From assembly GCA_016748015.1 (NCBI GenBank), contig JAAOMT010000449.1, forward strand, positions 1 through 5,921: a DNA stretch of 5,921 bases. The letters are read 5' to 3'. Below the pieces are notes generated by a model, which saw nothing but the letters and a program-made list of their open reading frames with translations, was not told the DNA's origin and ran no database searches. The position numbers and the translations under genes were made by a program. Every line of letters begins with the position of its first letter. The stretch's first letter is position 1. This document shows positions 1 through 5,921 of the stretch, one piece after another. This DNA is from Geosiphon pyriformis uo1. Taxonomy: Eukaryota > Fungi > Glomeromycota.

Positions 1-685
1 CATCTCATATAGCATACATCACTACAATGTGACTCCCATAATCTCTTAGGATCTCTATGATATGTTATACACTACTAAGATGACCATATATACTAGGTAC
101 TATCCCTTACAGGTATTCTAAAGAGTATTACCTATACTAGTTACCTTGGACCTTACACTTAGAATCGCCAGCTACTCCTAGCCATTACAGTCATATGGGG
201 TATGGGATAGTGAGTGTATCTAGCACAGGGATCTAAATGTCCTATGGTACAACTCCTTTAGGATTCTACTGGTACTCGATTATTGCCATCCCCACTAACT
301 CTTGTATCTTGTACTATCTCTTAGAAGTGCTAAGTCTCCTATAGGCTATAGTGCTCTCGCCATGGCTCTACTCTAGCTACTCCCCAGTACCTCTAGTACT
401 TCATGTGGGATCTCAGTATACTATCAAGGATACCCTCACAATACCCCTAGTACATTTGAATCCTATGGCCTTAAAGGGTTTCATAGGGATTACCCATGGA
501 CCTCCCAGTACTTGTCCAAGTGGTGGAGAGCTTGCAAGAGTGATAACCCCTTTAACCCTTATCCTCTAATCCCATAGGTTCACACCACTACTAATTATCT
601 CATAGATAACTTTGACTCCCTCAGATCCTAAAAATGATCATGTAAGTATCATGGCCCTACCTCTCCAACTATACCAGATCCTCAC
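1..685 (+). repeat. Terminal direct repeat, copy 1 (685 nt)
   Basis: CATCTCATATAGC...CAGATCCTCAC at 1-685 recurs at 5237-5921 with no mismatch noticed. The ORF track gives the same 72-aa peptide at 351 and 5587, an offset of 5236. Confidence 0.97.
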
Positions 686-2424
686 AATAGACAGACTCCT
701 AGTATAATGGACAGTCATAGCTTTGATTCCCTAGACTCCTCTCAATCCTACATAAGTGCCATCCTTCATAGAGTACAATAGCAGGGTATCCTCCCCTACT
801 AAAACCTGGTACTCTAATAGAGAGCCTTATAGGGATAGCGTCATTATCCTATATCAATTAGACAACTTAGACTTGACGACTTCCCTGTACACAGCCCTCC
901 AAGCCTGTACTGAGTCCCCTACAGCCAGGGCCCTTTTGTACCAGTAACAATAGGAGGTAGGCCCCTATTTTTCCGGATGGGCCCTAATGGAGTACTTTGA
1001 CTGGGATACCCATTGGGGACCATGGTACTCGAGAACCCTGTATCTCCCCTTATACACTTTTGGTCAGATGGGTCCCTTGCACTTATTCGATGTGAGACAC
1101 CTATTTGGGTACTACTGAAAGTAGATCTCAAACTAAGCGCCAGTGTATCTGACAATCTACTATCATATCTGACTAGCTAGTTCCTCACTTAAGCATAGGA
1201 ATCCTATATCTGATGACCATCCTTGTATGGACTGCATTGACTTGGGATCAGTTCATATTAACTGTCCAATGGATATCTAGACTACATTACCAACCTTAAC
1301 TATTACTGTATCTCAACGCACACTGTAATCAACTATGTACCATCCCCTTAGCACTTCCACTGGAACCCTGTGATACGTATCCTACCCACTATAGCCAGTC
1401 CCATGATATATGACCAGAATCACATTGGGACAGTATCATATAGATGCTGAGAGCTCTCCTAGATCGACCTGCTACGGATCACACAGGATGTATTGCGATA
1501 GCTAACTCTATAGATGAATAGGCTACCCTCTGTAGGGTGCTAGACTGCCTCTTATACATACAGTGCTAAGGACCTGTACCTGCTCAATCTTCCATGACAG
1601 GGTACCATTGTTGTAGGGGGATCTAACCATGACCATAACTTTTACTAACCCACAGGGATGGTAACTGCTACCATCTCAATAAGGTGTAGCCTCCTACAGT
1701 TACGGGATACTTACCTTTTACCTCATCAGGATGACTACTATTGTAGGATGGCAGTTCTGCCCACGCTTATAGATCTAGAGCTTGTACCAATAGCTATCCA
1801 CTCAAATGGGGACTGATACCCCAACATGACTGTATCTCTAAGTAGTGTAGCAAGTACCTGTACTGGACAGCATTTAGGATGCCATCCCCTCTGTATTAGA
1901 CAGGGACTGTCCACTTGGGGTATGCTACAGGCGCTGAGATACACCGTCTAATCAGTCCTCACATTGCAAGGTACTGATCCTATACAAACATGACTGTACT
2001 ACAACTACTCTGCGGATAACTGATAGGGTCTCATCACTTAGTAAGTCCCACTACCTGTACTACTTCCACCCTTATCCTTGAGGTTATGGGGCGCCTATCA
2101 CTCTACCACACTAAGTACCCACACCACACATACGGAGTACAACTAATACAGTCCACATCAATTAACAACTATCTAAACAGTATACTCAATAGACAGCCCA
2201 CCAGTAAGATAAGTACCTATAGGTATTAGTACACTAGTGGGATTGTGTAAGGTACAATGACTATCATCTGCCCGTAGAGTCACACAGGTCCTTGTACTTG
2301 GTGCTGGATCAATAGTATTCCGATCTGCTATCACCCTCCCTATCTACCATACTACCCGGGATTAGCACGTACCTCTGAATTGGGATTGTGTGTACTTATT
2401 AGCATACCAATAAGGTTAGTAGCA

Positions 2425-2434
2425 GTACCCTGTC
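2425..2434 (+). repeat. Left boundary direct repeat GTACCCTGTC
   Basis: 9/10 identical to GTGCCCTGTC at 3753-3762 and located at the compositional switch. Confidence 0.6.
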
Positions 2435-2727
2435 CCATATAACACCCATTACTCACCATATCACACCCCTTATTCCACATACCATACCCTATCATGCCCT
2501 TATACCTCTCTCTATCCCACCATTACCCAATGTGCCAAGATATACCCTCTACCACTCTAGCCCCCATACCACCCCACACAAGCCACTATCCCACCCCAAT
2601 CCCAGATACCACCATATTCCACTATAACCCATACCCACCAATGTAGCCCATGCCACAATGGGCATCCCATCCCACATGATGTCACACTATATGCCCATAT
2701 CCCCCATATGCCCTATATTCCCCTATC

Positions 2728-3266
2728 CCACTATCTGCCCCCAGGATACCTATGTGGCATCCCATATGCACCATATACCCAGATTACCCACCCCAGATAC
2801 CCACCATCCCATATACCCACAATACCCCTAGATCCCAACTATAGCCCCATATGCCAGCCCAATCCCCCCACTAGCCAAATCTGCCACCATAGCCACCATA
2901 CCACTACCCTAACCACCATACCCTATGTCCCAGACCCATTCACTATACCCTATGTGGTAGTCCCTAGACCCATTTCCTATACCCATCTATCCCACAAGAT
3001 ACCCATATGCCCATATCCACAGGATGTGGTACCCATATGCCCTATCCACAACCCACTATAGCCCCCCATAGCAACCCCATAGGGGCCCTATAGCCCAAAT
3101 GTGGCACTACTGCCATACCATAGCCCTATCCCACTCTACCCCATGTGGCACCCTAGACCACTATCTGCCCAGATCCCAATATCCCACCATATGTCCTATG
3201 TGGCACCTATATCCCATACCCTAGATACCACTATTTGACCCATCCCCAATGCCCCACTATCTGCCC
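2728..3266 (+). repeat. Three exact copies of the 13-mer CCACTATCTGCCC
   Basis: Copies at 2728-2740, 3158-3170 and 3254-3266. Confidence 0.85.
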
Positions 3267-3586
3267 CATGTCCCACCAGATACCACTATGTGGTATCCCC
3301 TATCACTATGCCCAGATGTGGCCCCATACCACAATGACCCCCATATGTCCCTCTATCCCCCATGATATCCCAATACCACCATACCCACCATGTCCCAGAT
3401 GCCCTATGTGGCATACCCTATTACCCATATGATACCCCATGCCCCAATACCACCATGTGGCCCCAATATGCCCCCAATGTGCACCATGTGGCACCCAGAT
3501 ATCCCACCTATCCATAGTGATCCATCAACCCCAAGGTCCAAAAGGGACACCCTAATAACCCACCCAGCCAGATGTGCCCAATGTGG
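2752..3586 (+). repeat. Dispersed co-oriented ATGTGG motif array (12 copies)
   Basis: ATGTGG at 2752, 2952, 3024, 3099, 3143, 3198, 3288, 3316, 3406, 3455, 3486 and 3581, usually followed by CA, CC or TA. Only one + strand copy was seen elsewhere in the unit (403). Confidence 0.88.
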
Positions 3587-3752
3587 CCCTATCACCCATC
3601 CCCTATCCACTATATGCCCACATCTCCCATATCACACATCATATGCCCACCATATCCCATTATACCCAATATGACCCATCATGACACATCATATCCCATT
3701 ATATCCCACTATCCCACATCACACACCATCCCACCATTATACCCCACTATAT

Positions 3753-3762
3753 GTGCCCTGTC
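3753..3762 (+). repeat. Right boundary direct repeat GTGCCCTGTC
   Basis: 9/10 identical to 2425-2434. Complex sequence resumes immediately after it. Confidence 0.6.
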
Positions 3763-4189
3763 AAAGGACTTGTTAGGAGAGAGTTGGTGGACTGGTAGCA
3801 GCCATATCCACTGACCAGTACGGATACACCCACTTAGTATATACATCCCTGTAAGTAAGCAAGCCTTGTCAGAGATCGTACACTACTCTTAACATGGTAA
3901 CAATATCATACTTGCACATCACTAGCTAGTTACCAAATACTTAGATGAACATATCCACATCAATGGGGGATGCTAGCTCCATTGCCAAGTGTCCAACTAT
4001 CAGTATTTACAGGCTCCTCACCAATCCCCACTGGAGCATGCCATAATCAGCCCATCACACTCACTCCTTGTAATAGATCCTTGTTAGCTATAGGCCTCCT
4101 GATCACAAAGACCCATGACAGCTACCTACCCATCCCCATCCAGGACTGGTACTACCACTACAGTTCAAATCCTACCATCTGTGAAGATC

Positions 4190-4203
4190 ATGAGGATCCT
4201 CAT
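4190..4203. repeat. Perfect 14-bp palindrome ATGAGGATCCTCAT
   Basis: The sequence equals its own reverse complement. No function is inferred. Confidence 0.6.
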
Positions 4204-4613
4204 CAGAGTCCTAGATAAACTTCCATGCTCATTACCTTTGAATATGACCTACTGGGTATGGGAGGATCTTAACCAATAGCTACCATGGTGATACCCTGAT
4301 TACTGATGTCAAGGCTAAGAGTACCTCAGAGGATCCTGTAGCTTCTACCCTAAGTATTACCTAGGATCTACTTGTACTTGTGGCCTATACTAGACTAGTA
4401 ATCAAGTTGGGTACCTTAGTCATAGCTAAGACTGTCAGTGCTGCTGATCCCACCTAGCTATAAGTACCTGCCTCTCATGGTTAGGGTGAGAGTACCAGTC
4501 GGCATCCCCTCCATATTAACGGGCCTTGATTAGGGTAACTAGCTAAGTATCCAGATCCTTCTCTAGATACATGTACTATCACAGTTATAGCAGTATGTTA
4601 TAGTTCCCTATCC

Positions 4614-4773
4614 CCATCCTCTAGGGTCTCTACGGGCATTAGATAGGTACAGCTATGTATTAACCTATGCTTACTCATCCAAGTACTAGTAACTGGTAAG
4701 GATATTCACAGATGTCAGGTATTGTATTGATTCCCTCAGTCTACTGGTATATAGCCGACCCTAGAGGAGATGG
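4614..4773. repeat. Inverted repeat enclosing smaller hairpins
   Basis: TCCTCTAGGGTC (4617-4628) is the exact reverse complement of GACCCTAGAGGA (4757-4768). Pairing extends to CCATC/GATGG if a 2-nt bulge is allowed. Confidence 0.6.
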
Positions 4774-5236
4774 ACAACCTTTTACCACTACCAAACAGTA
4801 CTTATGATACCCTAGATTCTAGAGTGTGAGCGCTAGGATACTGATTTTACACTGGATCCCGAAAATTCTTATCACATCCTAAGGTCCTAGACCCAATCCA
4901 ATACCTATGCTAATAACAAGTCAGATCTGTCATGGTGTGAATCATAAAGGTACCTACCACCCTCCATACTTAGAGTACTGGGGATATGAGGTATCCCAGT
5001 AATAAGACAGTATCTCTCTAAGTGACACAGTAATCAAGATCCTAGCTAACTATACCAATACTGTCATGTAGCTATCCTAGATCTATCCACTGAGGACCCC
5101 AGTAGCCACTACAATCACTGTTAAACGTATCCAGTACTATCAGCGGACTGGTAGGACAAGGCAGTATTGGACCCCTGTATTGACGATCCCTTTACCATAC
5201 TATCCTGAGTGTACCTATACTTGTAAGTTCATGGCA

Positions 5237-5921
5237 CATCTCATATAGCATACATCACTACAATGTGACTCCCATAATCTCTTAGGATCTCTATGATATG
5301 TTATACACTACTAAGATGACCATATATACTAGGTACTATCCCTTACAGGTATTCTAAAGAGTATTACCTATACTAGTTACCTTGGACCTTACACTTAGAA
5401 TCGCCAGCTACTCCTAGCCATTACAGTCATATGGGGTATGGGATAGTGAGTGTATCTAGCACAGGGATCTAAATGTCCTATGGTACAACTCCTTTAGGAT
5501 TCTACTGGTACTCGATTATTGCCATCCCCACTAACTCTTGTATCTTGTACTATCTCTTAGAAGTGCTAAGTCTCCTATAGGCTATAGTGCTCTCGCCATG
5601 GCTCTACTCTAGCTACTCCCCAGTACCTCTAGTACTTCATGTGGGATCTCAGTATACTATCAAGGATACCCTCACAATACCCCTAGTACATTTGAATCCT
5701 ATGGCCTTAAAGGGTTTCATAGGGATTACCCATGGACCTCCCAGTACTTGTCCAAGTGGTGGAGAGCTTGCAAGAGTGATAACCCCTTTAACCCTTATCC
5801 TCTAATCCCATAGGTTCACACCACTACTAATTATCTCATAGATAACTTTGACTCCCTCAGATCCTAAAAATGATCATGTAAGTATCATGGCCCTACCTCT
5901 CCAACTATACCAGATCCTCAC
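5237..5921 (+). repeat. Terminal direct repeat, copy 2 (685 nt); probable circular overlap or start of the next tandem unit
   Basis: Matches 1-685 and runs exactly to the window end. Confidence 0.97.

Larger units (their letters stand above)
2435..3752 (+). repeat. C-rich, strand-skewed cryptic-repeat domain (candidate origin/control region)
   Basis: Abrupt switch to C/A/T-rich sequence built from CCCCATAT, CCACTAT, ATGCCC, CCCAGAT and ATGTGG words. No CG dinucleotide and only one GTAC (3029) were seen. The functional label is inference. Confidence 0.9.
1..5236. other. Putative complete 5,236-nt circular element or repeat unit with no recognisable protein gene
   Basis: The repeat period is 5236 nt. 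The only ORFs over 82 aa lie in the low-complexity domain. I recognised no Rep, capsid, RT, RdRp or transposase motif in the frames I translated. Confidence 0.7.

Noticed and set aside
237-344. Hydrophobic peptide SIIAIPTNSCILYYLLEVLSLL, faintly like cox1 or nad2 segments
   Set aside because: Too short, and the two resemblances are mutually inconsistent. Hydrophobic residues are expected from this base composition.
351-569. 72-aa ORF and its copy at 5587-5805, plus other short ORFs at 756, 919, 1738 and 3970
   Set aside because: Lengths are within chance range, several use non-ATG starts, and no domain is recognisable.
1210-1235. CTGATGA on + (also CTGATGAG on - at 4199-4206) as hammerhead cores
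   Set aside because: No GAAA follows the putative stem II in either case.
2282-2325. VLVLGAGSIV, resembling a Rossmann-fold glycine motif
   Set aside because: It lacks the third Gly and sits in a short stop-bounded frame with no supporting context.
2435-3752. CRISPR array, telomeric repeat or kinetoplast CSB-3
   Set aside because: No 23-50 nt constant repeat with unique spacers, no fixed period, and GGGGTTGGTGTA was not found on either strand.
2708-3814. Overlapping Pro/His/Ile-rich (+) and Gly/Trp-rich (-) ORFs, up to 117 aa
   Set aside because: They are by-products of the stop-poor C-rich repeat. Several frames on both strands are open at once, and the amino-acid content simply mirrors the repeat words.
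1-5236. Rod-like viroid, Obelisk or deltavirus-type genome; RIP-mutated fungal repeat
   Set aside because: The C-rich block has no G-rich partner for whole-genome pairing and there is no long ORF. CA and TG remain abundant, which is contrary to RIP.
1-5921. LTR retrotransposon interpretation of the terminal repeats
   Set aside because: No TG...CA termini, no PBS or polypurine tract at the inner borders on either strand, and no gag/pol remnants recognised. A non-autonomous element cannot be fully excluded without flanking sequence.

Overview
No recognisable gene is present. The first 685 nt (1-685) recur, identical as far as I can read by eye, as the last 685 nt (5237-5921). The window is therefore best read as one complete 5,236-nt unit: a circular molecule with assembly overlap, or one period of a tandem/concatemeric array. 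The unit has two parts. (i) About 3.9 kb of complex sequence (3763-5236 joined to 1-2424) has no standard-code ORF above ~80 aa and an odd word composition: GTAC is strongly enriched, CpG is depleted and long A/T runs are scarce. (ii) A ~1.3 kb domain (2435-3752) is extremely C-rich, CpG-free and strand-skewed. It is built from short co-oriented words (12x ATGTGG, 3x CCACTATCTGCCC), is bracketed by a 10-bp direct repeat (GTRCCCTGTC) and has a roughly symmetric internal layout. This resembles a non-coding or cryptically coding minicircle/mini-chromosome with an origin-like repeat region. That reading, and any link to fragmented organellar genomes or alternative genetic codes, is inference only. 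All counts were made by hand.
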